Shown: positions 20,803 through 30,440 of the stretch, piece by piece
How the letters are laid out: every line of letters begins with the position of its first letter
Numbering within the stretch: position 1 is the stretch's first letter
NCBI GenBank assembly: GCA_041583675.1
Contig: JBFHFI010000001.1
Location: 1-46,964 of the forward strand
DNA length: 46,964 bases
Source of the DNA: Butyrivibrio sp.
GTDB taxonomy: Bacteria > Bacillota > Clostridia > Lachnospirales > Lachnospiraceae
Reading direction: 5' to 3'
Position numbers and translations under genes: made by a program
Notes under the pieces: model-generated
The model's input: only the letters and a program-made list of their open reading frames with translations
Database searches by the model: none
Told to the model about the DNA's origin: nothing

Positions 20803-21462
20803 TTAATCCTTCCAAATTTTCAAATTATCATCTACAATAAGTTTTGCTTCTGTTAAGGATTGTAGCTCATCTAAAGTTACACTTTCATGTATTTCTAAAA
20901 GCTTTAGACCTTCCTCTGTCACTTTCATTACTGCCAATTCAGTAACGATTGTATCCACTTTTCCCACTGCAGTTAAAGGTAAAGTACATTCTTTTAAAAT
21001 TTTAGTTTTACCCTTATTTGTGTGTAGCATCGAAACAATAACTCTTTTAACACCTGTTACCAAATCCATTGCTCCACCCATACCGGGCACGATTTTACCA
21101 GGTACTATCCAATTTGCAAGATTTCCTTTTTCATCAACTTCTAACGCTCCAAGAACACAAACATCAATATGTCCACCACGAATCATTCCAAAAGATGTAG
21201 CAGTGTCAAAAAAAGCACTGTTAGGTAATGCAGTAGCAAATTGTCCTCCCGCATCTACAATCTCAAATGTTTGTTCATGTTCTTGTGGTGTGTTTCCCAT
21301 GCATATTAATCCATTTTCAGATTCAAAAAAAACTTCTATATCCTTAGAAATATAATTTGCAACTAAAGTAGGTAGTCCGATTCCAAGATTAACATAGTTT
21401 TGATCAACAAATTCTTTAGCTATTCTTTTGGCTATTCTTACTTTCAAATCATTAGTAGACAT
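20803..21462 (-). CDS. atoA: Family I CoA-transferase, beta subunit (AtoA/CtfB/ScoB-like)
   Basis: VNLGIGLPT, catalytic SENG, IRGGHID, GMGGAMDL. Start moved to ATG 21462 (SD GGAGGTG). Confidence 0.88.
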   Translation of the reverse strand: MSTNDLKVRIAKRIAKEFVDQNYVNLGIGLPTLVANYISKDIEVFFESENGLICMGNTPQEHEQTFEIVDAGGQFATALPNSAFFDTATSFGMIRGGHIDVCVLGALEVDEKGNLANWIVPGKIVPGMGGAMDLVTGVKRVIVSMLHTNKGKTKILKECTLPLTAVGKVDTIVTELAVMKVTEEGLKLLEIHESVTLDELQSLTEAKLIVDDNLKIWKD

Positions 21463-22117
21463 TTTTGTCACCTCCACGAACAACATAATCAACAAATATA
21501 CTTTGTGTTAAAATACTTTCTTTTGCTAATGTTCCCACTGGTACTAATTTTTCAGCCTCCACAATAACAATTTGTCCCGCCGTTGCCATCATTTGATTAA
21601 AATTATTTGTTGTACCCTTATAAATTGTATTTCCAGCATGGTCTGTTACACTTCCACGTATAAGAGCTACATCTGCAATCAAAGGTTCTTCTAATAAAAA
21701 TTCTTTATTTTTAACTTCTACCACTTTTTTTCCTTCAGCTACCATAGTCCCTACACCTGTAGGTATTAAAACACCTCCCAAGCCATATCCAGCAGCTCTT
21801 ATTTGTTCTACCAAAGTTCCTTGAGGAACCAAAATAACTTCTAAAGTTCCCTCATTCATTTGTTTTCCCGTTTCAGGATTAAGTCCTATATGAGATGTAT
21901 AAAGTTTTTTCACTCTTTTTGCAACAATTAACTTTCCGACGCCTCTGTCAACTGTAGCTGTATCATTACAAATCAATGTAATATCTTTAATATTTAATTC
22001 TAATAATAAATCAATTAATTTTTCAGGTGTTCCACATCCCATAAATCCACCGACCATTATCGTCATGCCATCAAAAAAAACATTTTTCAAGCTTTCTATT
22101 TCTACAACTTTTTTCAT
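21452..22117 (-). CDS. atoD: Family I CoA-transferase, alpha subunit (AtoD/CtfA/ScoA-like)
   Basis: DGMTIMVGGFMGCGTP, SHIGLNP, PQGTLVEQIRAAG, TGVGT. Confidence 0.88.
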   Translation of the reverse strand: MKKVVEIESLKNVFFDGMTIMVGGFMGCGTPEKLIDLLLELNIKDITLICNDTATVDRGVGKLIVAKRVKKLYTSHIGLNPETGKQMNEGTLEVILVPQGTLVEQIRAAGYGLGGVLIPTGVGTMVAEGKKVVEVKNKEFLLEEPLIADVALIRGSVTDHAGNTIYKGTTNNFNQMMATAGQIVIVEAEKLVPVGTLAKESILTQSIFVDYVVRGGDKNVY

Positions 22118-22256
22118 ATTTTTATTTCATAAGTTTTTATTTAAACTTATGATTATACCTCCTTTAATCATTATATTTACAACTTGTAGAAAACAAACTG
22201 TAAATATAAAGTCTAGTAGTTATAATTGAATGCAATCTATAATATGTTAAACTTTA

Positions 22257-23264
22257 TTATTTTATTTCAGACAATTTAACTGGTCTACCCTCTTTTAATG
22301 ATTTAACACATGCCTTTGCACATAGTGCAGGAATTAATCCATCTATTCCCGTTACATATGGTTCAGTGTTGTTTTTTATACAATCCACAAATGCTTCTAT
22401 CTCTGATCTAAAAGCATCATTATATCTATTCATAAACCACCATTGCGGTTTGGAAACCTCCACTCCTTCATTTGTGGAAATTCTAACTGTATCTGGACGA
22501 TCATCAAATACTTCAATTGAACCTAAAGAACCAAAAACTTCATTTCTTTGTACATATCCATAATGAGTTTCTCTACTATTATCAATGGTACCAAAACATC
22601 CATTTTCGAATTTTAAGGTAACAACGGCTGTATCAATATCTCCAATTTCTGCAACCCGATTGTCTATTCTTGCCGCACCTAATGCATATACTTCTGTAAT
22701 CTCAGATCCAACTAAATATCTAGCTAAATCAAAATCATGTATTGTCATATCAAAGAAAAAACCACCACAATTTTTAACATATTCCATTGAAGGTGCTTGT
22801 GGATCTCTGGATGTAATATGAAGAATATGAGGAACACCAATTTTCCCTGCAACAATTTCATCATGAGCTTTTCTATGATTATGATCAAAATGTCTCATAA
22901 AACCAACTTGTAATTTAACCCCTGATTTCTGAACAACATCTAGTGTTTCTCTAATTCTATCTGTATTATAATCAATTGGTTTTTCACAGAAAATATGTTT
23001 TTTTGCCTGTGCTGCTCTCATAATAAATTCAGCATGTGTATTTGATGATGAACAAATTAACACCGCATCTATAGAATCATCTGAAAATATATCTTCCACT
23101 TCCTTTGACGCTTTAACTCCATTACTTTCAGCCCATTTAACCATTTCTTCAGAAATATAAGGATCAACAATTTTTACCAATTTAACTCCAGGAATATTGA
23201 GAATATTTTCTCCATGAACCTTTCCAATTCTACCTGCTCCTAAAATACCAATATTAATCTCCAT
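22257..23264 (-). CDS. iolG: Inositol 2-dehydrogenase (Gfo/Idh/MocA)
   Basis: GAGRIGKVH, CEKP, QVGFMR, SRDP, DMTIHDFD, GDIDTAVV. Start set at ATG 23264. Confidence 0.9.
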   Translation of the reverse strand: MEINIGILGAGRIGKVHGENILNIPGVKLVKIVDPYISEEMVKWAESNGVKASKEVEDIFSDDSIDAVLICSSSNTHAEFIMRAAQAKKHIFCEKPIDYNTDRIRETLDVVQKSGVKLQVGFMRHFDHNHRKAHDEIVAGKIGVPHILHITSRDPQAPSMEYVKNCGGFFFDMTIHDFDLARYLVGSEITEVYALGAARIDNRVAEIGDIDTAVVTLKFENGCFGTIDNSRETHYGYVQRNEVFGSLGSIEVFDDRPDTVRISTNEGVEVSKPQWWFMNRYNDAFRSEIEAFVDCIKNNTEPYVTGIDGLIPALCAKACVKSLKEGRPVKLSEIK

Positions 23265-23277
23265 TTTCATTTCCTTT

Positions 23278-24102
23278 CTAGTCCAAGTATTTATCCAATA
23301 AAATTTTTGTTTTATTTGCAATTTCTTTTGTATCTGCTTCCCAATAACGTCTTGATACTAATTCATATGTCCAAAATCCATCATATCCTGTTGTTCTAAC
23401 TGCATTAACCCAATCCATTATGTTGATTGAACCTTCACCTGCAAAAACACTTCTCAAAATTTCTTCATCACAAATTGTTCCAGGTTCATTTCTTAATCCA
23501 TCACAAAAATGAATATTTTTTATCATTTTTTTATCAAGTGCGGCAACTTCTTGTAATGTAGTTTCTTTTCCATACCATAAATGCCAAAAATCAATTACCA
23601 TACCAAAGTTTTTTCTTCCTGTGTATTCAATAAATTCCAAACTCTGTGATAATGAATGTATAGGAGACCACGCAACAGGTTCTAATTGAAATTCAATTCC
23701 AAAATCATTACCTATATCAAGAACTTGATTAACACTTGATGCTGTTAATTTTTTTACTTCATTCCAACTTTTTCCTTCATGTGCACATAAAGGCACTAAT
23801 TGAATTGTAGGACAAGCGACTTCTTTAGCAAAGGCTGAAAATATCTCTGCTTCTTTTGTCATTGTTATAACAGATTCTTTATCTGTTCTTTCAACATTAG
23901 CAATGTCTACAATACAATTCATTTCCATATTATATTTCTTTAATAATTGTTTACAATCTTCGGCTGTATATCCTGCATTAAGATAATTCATAACCTTAGT
24001 TCCAACCATTTCAACACCTTGATATCCAGCTTCAGATGCAATTCTAATATCAGAAGCTAAGTTACTTCTATAAATCGATTTAGTATGTAATGATTTTTTC
24101 AT
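23278..24102 (-). CDS. Sugar phosphate isomerase/epimerase TIM barrel (IolI/IolH-like)
   Basis: LEPV, IDFWH, IHFCD, GEGSI, GYDGFWTYE metal-binding pattern; located in the iol operon. Start 24102. Confidence 0.78.
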   Translation of the reverse strand: MKKSLHTKSIYRSNLASDIRIASEAGYQGVEMVGTKVMNYLNAGYTAEDCKQLLKKYNMEMNCIVDIANVERTDKESVITMTKEAEIFSAFAKEVACPTIQLVPLCAHEGKSWNEVKKLTASSVNQVLDIGNDFGIEFQLEPVAWSPIHSLSQSLEFIEYTGRKNFGMVIDFWHLWYGKETTLQEVAALDKKMIKNIHFCDGLRNEPGTICDEEILRSVFAGEGSINIMDWVNAVRTTGYDGFWTYELVSRRYWEADTKEIANKTKILLDKYLD

Positions 24103-24269
24103 ATTCTTTCCCCTATATTTCTTTAAATTTTTCACCAATACGGAAACATATGCTTTTAATACCGCAATCTTAATAGTCCTTGTGTATTTAAAGCATTTGA
24201 ATCCTCTACATTATTGCTTCTTATTTTCACATCTATAAATATTCCATTTTTATCAATATATATTAAAAT

Positions 24270-25163
24270 CTAAACTCCTAATTTTAATCTCATATAAGCT
24301 CTAGCCATTTGTGCATATTCCAAAGGATCTGCTATTGCTGGGTCTTGTTCTGCTTCCACCACAATCCAGCCTTCATACTCACTGTTTTTAATTGTTCCTA
24401 AAATCTCATCCCAATCAACCATTGTTCCATCCCCCGGAACTGTGAACATTCCATTTTTCACACCCCAAAGAAATGAATGATTACCCGATTTAACTTGATC
24501 AAAAATTTCTTTTCTTACATCTTTAACATGAATATGTCCCACTCTATTTTGAGCAAGATATTTTTTTAATACCGCAGGAGGATTACAATCACATAAAGTT
24601 GTATGACCTGTGTCAAATAATAAATAAACCAAATCCGGATCTGTCATATCCATTAATCTATCTATTTCTGCCGCTGTTTCAATTCCTGTTCCTACATGTG
24701 GATGAAATGTCAATTTCATTCCTTTTGCTTTTGCTCTTTTTCCCAATTCATTCAATCCATTTGCCAAATTCTCCCACTGCTTATCACTTAAAATAGGCTT
24801 ATTAGGGAATAATGATATGTTTTCATCTCCATGAACGGTAATTCCACATTCTCCACATCCCACAACTCTTGCACCTAATTTATAAGTAAACTCCAAGTGT
24901 TTATCAAAAGCTTCAAATGTTTTTTCATTTTCAAACGTTGTAAAAAAACTTGAGAACCACATATTACAAATTTTAATACCCCTAATATCAATTGCTTTTT
25001 TTAAAATATCAAAATCTTTAGGATATTTACAACCGCCTTCACTTCCCGTATAACCTGCAAGTGCCATTTCAGATAAGCACTGTTGATATGTTAATTCTTC
25101 ACCCAAAGAAGGCAAATCATCATTTGTCCAGTTAATTGGAGCACATCCATATTGTATATTCAT
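24270..25163 (-). CDS. iolE: Myo-inosose-2 dehydratase
   Basis: APINWTNDDLP, FHPHVGT, FDTGH, HIHVKDVR, FTVPGDG, GWIVVEAEQDP. Start 25163. Confidence 0.95.
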   Translation of the reverse strand: MNIQYGCAPINWTNDDLPSLGEELTYQQCLSEMALAGYTGSEGGCKYPKDFDILKKAIDIRGIKICNMWFSSFFTTFENEKTFEAFDKHLEFTYKLGARVVGCGECGITVHGDENISLFPNKPILSDKQWENLANGLNELGKRAKAKGMKLTFHPHVGTGIETAAEIDRLMDMTDPDLVYLLFDTGHTTLCDCNPPAVLKKYLAQNRVGHIHVKDVRKEIFDQVKSGNHSFLWGVKNGMFTVPGDGTMVDWDEILGTIKNSEYEGWIVVEAEQDPAIADPLEYAQMARAYMRLKLGV

Positions 25164-25174
25164 TTTATTTCCTC

Positions 25175-25975
25175 CTATTTTTCTAGATTTGGCCAATATT
25201 TAGCATTTGGTTTTTCTACCCATAAATGCTCTTCTGCAAAATCTGGTCCTAAATATGGGTTACCATCTAAATGACGAATAATCCACAAGAAATACATAGC
25301 ATAACCCGGTGCTGCAACCTGTGGATGTACCAAATCCGGATCAATTGTCAATGTATCATTTTGCTCAAGTAACTCGCCTTCATTTCCAATTCTAATCAAA
25401 CCAAAGCCATTTTCTGGTAAAAATTTGTAAAAATATATTTCTGGTTGATTATGACTATGTGATGGAAATCCTGCCCAACGTCCTGGGAAATGTACATCTT
25501 CACCAAACATAATATTGCTGTGTGGTGTAAGTTTTTTATCCATACTAGTTCTTACAATACGTCTACCACAATCTTCCATTGTATCTTCCCCACGAACTTC
25601 ATTTGTTGTATTTGAAGGATCATAAATATGTGGTTCAAATGTTGTTTGATTTTCTGTACTTACTAATGCCAATTCTGAATTTTCAGAAATACCTGTTAAT
25701 TTATATTCTGTATTTTTGTCTAAATTTAAAGTCCAAATTGAATTATCAAAACAATTATCTCTTGATACTTTCATTTTTTTATTTTTAAATTCCACTTCCA
25801 ATTCTCCAGATAATAAAATAACCACTTTTTCCAATTCGTCATCGCATTTAAAAGTTTTATCCTTTTCCAAATGCAATATTCCATAATTCATTAACATATT
25901 GCTAAATTTACCGTTCATTTCAGTAATCACATTATAGCCTTTTGCAAAACCTCCAACTGGTTGTTTAATTTTCAT
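25175..25975 (-). CDS. iolB: 5-deoxy-glucuronate isomerase
   Basis: PGRWAGFPSHSHNQPEIYFY, HPQVAAPGYAMYFLW. Start 25975. Confidence 0.88.
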   Translation of the reverse strand: MKIKQPVGGFAKGYNVITEMNGKFSNMLMNYGILHLEKDKTFKCDDELEKVVILLSGELEVEFKNKKMKVSRDNCFDNSIWTLNLDKNTEYKLTGISENSELALVSTENQTTFEPHIYDPSNTTNEVRGEDTMEDCGRRIVRTSMDKKLTPHSNIMFGEDVHFPGRWAGFPSHSHNQPEIYFYKFLPENGFGLIRIGNEGELLEQNDTLTIDPDLVHPQVAAPGYAMYFLWIIRHLDGNPYLGPDFAEEHLWVEKPNAKYWPNLEK

Positions 25976-25997
25976 TTTTTGCCTCTTTCCCAATCCA

Positions 25998-26822
25998 CTA
26001 TTTCATTCGTTTAATTAATTCAAAAGCTCTGTCATATACTGCTTTTTTTGATGGAGCCATAAGTCTTAATCTATCAAAATCTTCAGGATTGTTTTTTAAA
26101 GTTTCTTGTAATTTACGACCAAATGCCATTCTAATACTTGTACCTATATTTATTTTACAAACATTATATTCCTTAAGTTTTATTTGGTCCTCTACAAATA
26201 TTCCACTCGCTCCATGAATAACAAGTGGCACATCTGTAATCGCTTGTATTTTTTCTAATTGCTGAAAGTTAATTCTTGTTTCAGAATTTGTCTGTCTATG
26301 TATATTACCTACAGAAACAGCCAACATATCAGTATCAACTTCTGCAACAAATTTTTTTATTTCATCTAAATCAGTAAACACAGGCTTTGCATCCGTCTTA
26401 TCTGAATACGGAACATATCCTAATTCGCACTCTACAAATACTCCTCTTTTATGTGCATAGGAAACTACTTCTTTTGAATTTTTTATATTTTCTTCTACTG
26501 GAAGTTTTGACCCATCATACATAACAGATGTATATCCTGAATCTATTGCTCTTTTAATTGTTTCCAAATCAGAACAATGATCCAAATGCGCACTTACAGG
26601 TACTTTCGCACTTTCAGCTATAGACCGTAAAAGTTTTCCCCAATGCTTAACATCCATTTCATTAGATGCATCTCTATTTGTCATTATCAGACAGGGTCTA
26701 TTAAGATCCTCCGCCGCTTTCACTATTTGTAAAGCATCTTCAAATCCAAAAACATTAAATCCAATCATGATACTACGATCATCTTTACATTTCACTAATG
26801 TTTGGTATAAATTATCTATCAC
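25998..26822 (-). CDS. iolJ: Class II aldolase (6-phospho-5-dehydro-2-deoxy-D-gluconate aldolase)
   Basis: HLDH, SVMYDGS, ECELG, VGNIH, IHGASG, KINIGT; sits between iolC and iolB. Confidence 0.82.
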   Translation of the reverse strand: MIDNLYQTLVKCKDDRSIMIGFNVFGFEDALQIVKAAEDLNRPCLIMTNRDASNEMDVKHWGKLLRSIAESAKVPVSAHLDHCSDLETIKRAIDSGYTSVMYDGSKLPVEENIKNSKEVVSYAHKRGVFVECELGYVPYSDKTDAKPVFTDLDEIKKFVAEVDTDMLAVSVGNIHRQTNSETRINFQQLEKIQAITDVPLVIHGASGIFVEDQIKLKEYNVCKINIGTSIRMAFGRKLQETLKNNPEDFDRLRLMAPSKKAVYDRAFELIKRMK

Positions 26823-27826
26823 ATTAACACCTCCGAAAATTCGTGAGTTTTCATAAACTCTTTTGTTGCTAAAACTGTTGGCATATCCTCACCACAAGAC
26901 ATTCCAGTTAATGTAATGGATGCACAGGCAGAACCAAATTTCATTGACTCAAACAAGCTCAAATCATTAAACAAACCATATAATAATCCTGAAGCATACG
27001 CGTCTCCGGACCCAAAAGTTTTTTTAGCTTCCACTTTAATAATCGGACAATGAATCGGTTCCTGACCTTTTAAATATCCAATAGATCCTTTTTCACCATC
27101 TTTTACAATAACCAATTGTGCGCTTTTATTTAAAAAATATTCTGCTGAAACTCTATTATTTTTATTATTTGGCATTGTATTATATTCAACTGCGTCAAAT
27201 TCTTCTCTATTTCCGATAATTATGTCACACATATTCAATATTTTATTATATTGTTCTGAAGTTTCTTCTGGAGATTTCCAACCATAAGGTCTAAAATCTA
27301 CATCTACAATTAATAATGTATTATGTTTTTTTGCATATTCAGCAACTTTATACATAGCACTTCTTGTTGGCTCCGTTGATAAAGCTGTTCCTGATATCAC
27401 AACTGATGCAGCATTTTTAATATACTCTTCATCTATCTCTTCTGCTGTTAAAAGTGTATCTGCCGTCCCATTGCGATACATAAAAGAACCACTTTTTGAC
27501 GGACTTTTTATCTCTGTAATGGCCAAGCAATTAGGTGCACCACTTTGATCAAATATCAATTGTGATGTATCTATCCCTTCTTTTTCAAAAGTTTCTTTTA
27601 TATAATCACCCATTCCATCTTTTGAAATTTTACCAATAAATCCCGTTTTCAATCCCAATCTCGCAACTCCCTGAGCTATATTTGCAGGTGAACCACCTAC
27701 AGATATTTTATAGTTCAAGCTTTCCTTAAATGGAACATTCAACTTTTGTGTATTAAAATCTATACCCGCTCTTCCAATAGGTATTACCATGATTTTTGAA
27801 TTTTCTTTATATTTTATAACTGACAT
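26819..27826 (-). CDS. iolC: 5-dehydro-2-deoxygluconokinase (PfkB family)
   Basis: IGRAGID, VGGSPANIA, SGTALS, DVDFRPYGW, KTFGSGDAYA. Confidence 0.92.
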   Translation of the reverse strand: MSVIKYKENSKIMVIPIGRAGIDFNTQKLNVPFKESLNYKISVGGSPANIAQGVARLGLKTGFIGKISKDGMGDYIKETFEKEGIDTSQLIFDQSGAPNCLAITEIKSPSKSGSFMYRNGTADTLLTAEEIDEEYIKNAASVVISGTALSTEPTRSAMYKVAEYAKKHNTLLIVDVDFRPYGWKSPEETSEQYNKILNMCDIIIGNREEFDAVEYNTMPNNKNNRVSAEYFLNKSAQLVIVKDGEKGSIGYLKGQEPIHCPIIKVEAKKTFGSGDAYASGLLYGLFNDLSLFESMKFGSACASITLTGMSCGEDMPTVLATKEFMKTHEFSEVLM

Positions 27827-27853
27827 TTCAGTCTCCTTTTACTTAAGTTACAT

Positions 27854-28846
27854 TTATGCTGCTGCCTGTCTTCTTGCTTCCGCTTCTAATCTTCCACGTA
27901 CAACATCCATGTATACCGCTATAATAATAACAAGACCAATAACAATATATTGAACTGCCGATGATGCATGCAATAAGGTTAGACCATTTCTAATTGTTGC
28001 AATTAGTAAAGCTCCAAGCAAAGTTCCCCATATTGTACCTTTACCTCCGAAAAATGATGCTCCACCGATAATACAAGCTGCAATTGCGTCAGTATCATAA
28101 GGTTCCATTGCTGATGCTGGATTTGCTACTCCTGTACGACCTACTATAAATACAGCTGCCAAAGCTGCCATCAAACCAGAAATTGTATATACAACCGTTA
28201 GCACTCTGTCTGAATTAATTCCACTCATCTTCGCTGCTTCCGGATTTCCACCAACACAATAAATTTTTCTACCAAGAGCTGTTTTATTTAAAAAGATATG
28301 AAATACAACAAATATAGCCAAAACTATAACAAATGCCAAAGGAATTCCACTAAAATCCCCACCCTTAAATAAACTGTGTGATCCTAGAAAAGTTAATGAA
28401 TCTGGAAATCCCGCAACCGTCATACTACTTGTAAGAACCAAAGCTAAACCAGCAAGCACATACTTGGTAGCAAGTGTTGATACAAATGGATGTGGCAAAT
28501 GTAATTTTGTCAAAAGAAGTCCATTAAGTGTACCTATAACAATACCCATTAATAAAGCCATTGCAATCAGTACAATTGGATTTGATACACCACTTTTTAC
28601 CGCAAGTCCCATTGTACAAGCACAAACAATTGCCGTTGCACCTACAGATAAATCTATACCCCCTGTAATCAAGGCAACTAACATTCCAGATGCAATCAAT
28701 CCATTTATTGAAGTTTGTCTTAAAATATTCATAATATTATTCGCTGTTAAAAAATTTGATGTTGAAAATGTTAAAATAATACACAATACGAATAATGCCA
28801 TCACCGAACTTAATCTCATTAATAAATCCTTAGTATTGTTATTCAT
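27854..28846 (-). CDS. Sugar (inositol) ABC transporter permease, RbsC-like
   Basis: TGGIDLSVG, GGNPEAAKMSGI, DAIAACIIGGASFFGGKG. Confidence 0.9.
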   Translation of the reverse strand: MNNNTKDLLMRLSSVMALFVLCIILTFSTSNFLTANNIMNILRQTSINGLIASGMLVALITGGIDLSVGATAIVCACTMGLAVKSGVSNPIVLIAMALLMGIVIGTLNGLLLTKLHLPHPFVSTLATKYVLAGLALVLTSSMTVAGFPDSLTFLGSHSLFKGGDFSGIPLAFVIVLAIFVVFHIFLNKTALGRKIYCVGGNPEAAKMSGINSDRVLTVVYTISGLMAALAAVFIVGRTGVANPASAMEPYDTDAIAACIIGGASFFGGKGTIWGTLLGALLIATIRNGLTLLHASSAVQYIVIGLVIIIAVYMDVVRGRLEAEARRQAAA

Positions 28847-30356
28847 TGAGTTCTCCTCCCCATGCTGCTTTCATAATATCTTCTTGATTGAAATGTTGCG
28901 AACCCTTTGAAATTTCCGCTTTCACTTCACCTTCTCTCATTACAATAATTCGATCAGACATTCCTAATATTTCAGGTAATTCTGAAGAAACCATTATAAC
29001 GCACTTACCTTCATTTGTTAGTTTATTAATAACATTGTAAATCTCAACTTTAGCTGCCACATCAATTCCCCTTGTAGGTTCATCAAAAATGTAGATTTCA
29101 GCTTCTGTATTTAGCCATTTTCCTATAACAACTTTTTGCTGGTTACCACCTGATAATTTACCAACCGGTTCTTTAATAGATGGCGCTTTAATTTTCAGTG
29201 TTTTTAAACTTTCTTCCGAATCGAAATTCACTTTACAAAATTTCACAAAACCATTTTTCGAATATTTTTTCATATTAGATAAAATTAAATTAGCATTAAT
29301 CGATTGTGAAAGAACAAGACCTTCTCTTTTTCTATCTTCTGTAAGGAAAGCGATTCCATTTTCTATAGAATGTCTTGGTGATTTAATTTTAACCTTTTTT
29401 CCATTAATATAGACTGCTCCACTATCATACTTATCCACTCCAAATATCGCTCTCATTGTTTCTGTTCTTCCAGCTCCAACCAAGCCAGCAAATCCCAGAA
29501 CTTCACCTCTGTATGCTGTAAAATTTACACCTCTTAATACACCGATTGAATTTAAATTTTCCACTCTAAGAACTTCTTCACCTCTTGACGTCTTAACTTT
29601 AGGAAACAAATCCGCAACAGATCTTCCGACCATCGCCGAAATCAATTCGTCATGTGTAATATCTTTCATATTTTTAGTCAATACATATTGTCCATCTCGC
29701 ATAACTGTCACACAATCACACAATTCAAATAATTCTTCCAATTTATGTGATACAAACATAATTGTAACTCCATCATCTCTAAGTTTGCGAACTATAGATA
29801 TTAGTAAATCCACTTCTTTTTCGCCAAGAGAAGATGTCGGTTCATCCATAATAATTACTTTTGAATTCAATACAATTGCACGTGCTATTTCCACCATTTG
29901 CTGAACACCTATTCCATACGAACCGCAAGGTTTTTTAACGTCTATTTCTATTCCCAGTGATTTTAAAACTTCTGATGCTTTTTTATGCATATTTCCATAA
30001 TCAAGTAATACGCTATTTTCTTTTTTAATTGTATGTCCCATAAATATATTATCAGTAACCGATAACATTGGAACAATGCTTAATTCTTGATATACACAAG
30101 AAATGCCTTTATTCTGTGAATCAATTGGATTTTTAAAATCAACCTTTTTTCCTTCAACAAGCATCTCACCTTCATCGACAGAATTAATACCTGTCAATGT
30201 CTTTATCAATGTAGATTTTCCAGCGCCATTTTCTCCAATAAGTCCATGAATTGTGCCTTTTTCAATTTTCATAGACATATTGCGCATTGCAACAACCCCT
30301 GGAAATTTTTTGGTGATATTTTTTAATTCTATTATTATGTCATTATTATCAGCCAT
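28839..30356 (-). CDS. Sugar ABC transporter ATP-binding protein, RbsA-like
   Basis: GENGAGKST, MDEPT, LSGGNQQKV, DEPTRGID; tandem ABC domains. Confidence 0.93.
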   Translation of the reverse strand: MADNNDIIIELKNITKKFPGVVAMRNMSMKIEKGTIHGLIGENGAGKSTLIKTLTGINSVDEGEMLVEGKKVDFKNPIDSQNKGISCVYQELSIVPMLSVTDNIFMGHTIKKENSVLLDYGNMHKKASEVLKSLGIEIDVKKPCGSYGIGVQQMVEIARAIVLNSKVIIMDEPTSSLGEKEVDLLISIVRKLRDDGVTIMFVSHKLEELFELCDCVTVMRDGQYVLTKNMKDITHDELISAMVGRSVADLFPKVKTSRGEEVLRVENLNSIGVLRGVNFTAYRGEVLGFAGLVGAGRTETMRAIFGVDKYDSGAVYINGKKVKIKSPRHSIENGIAFLTEDRKREGLVLSQSINANLILSNMKKYSKNGFVKFCKVNFDSEESLKTLKIKAPSIKEPVGKLSGGNQQKVVIGKWLNTEAEIYIFDEPTRGIDVAAKVEIYNVINKLTNEGKCVIMVSSELPEILGMSDRIIVMREGEVKAEISKGSQHFNQEDIMKAAWGGELNE

Positions 30357-30391
30357 TCTTTAACCAAATTCCTTTCCCATTTCTTATAAAA

Positions 30392-30417
30392 TGTGGGAGA
30401 GGATCATCCCCCCCACA
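30392..30417 (-). other. Intercistronic stem-loop after the binding-protein gene (probable mRNA stabiliser or partial terminator)
   Basis: TGTGGGAGAGGAT / ATCCCCCCCACA inverted repeat. Confidence 0.5.
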
Positions 30418-30440
30418 CACTTTACTACTTGCTTAAATAT

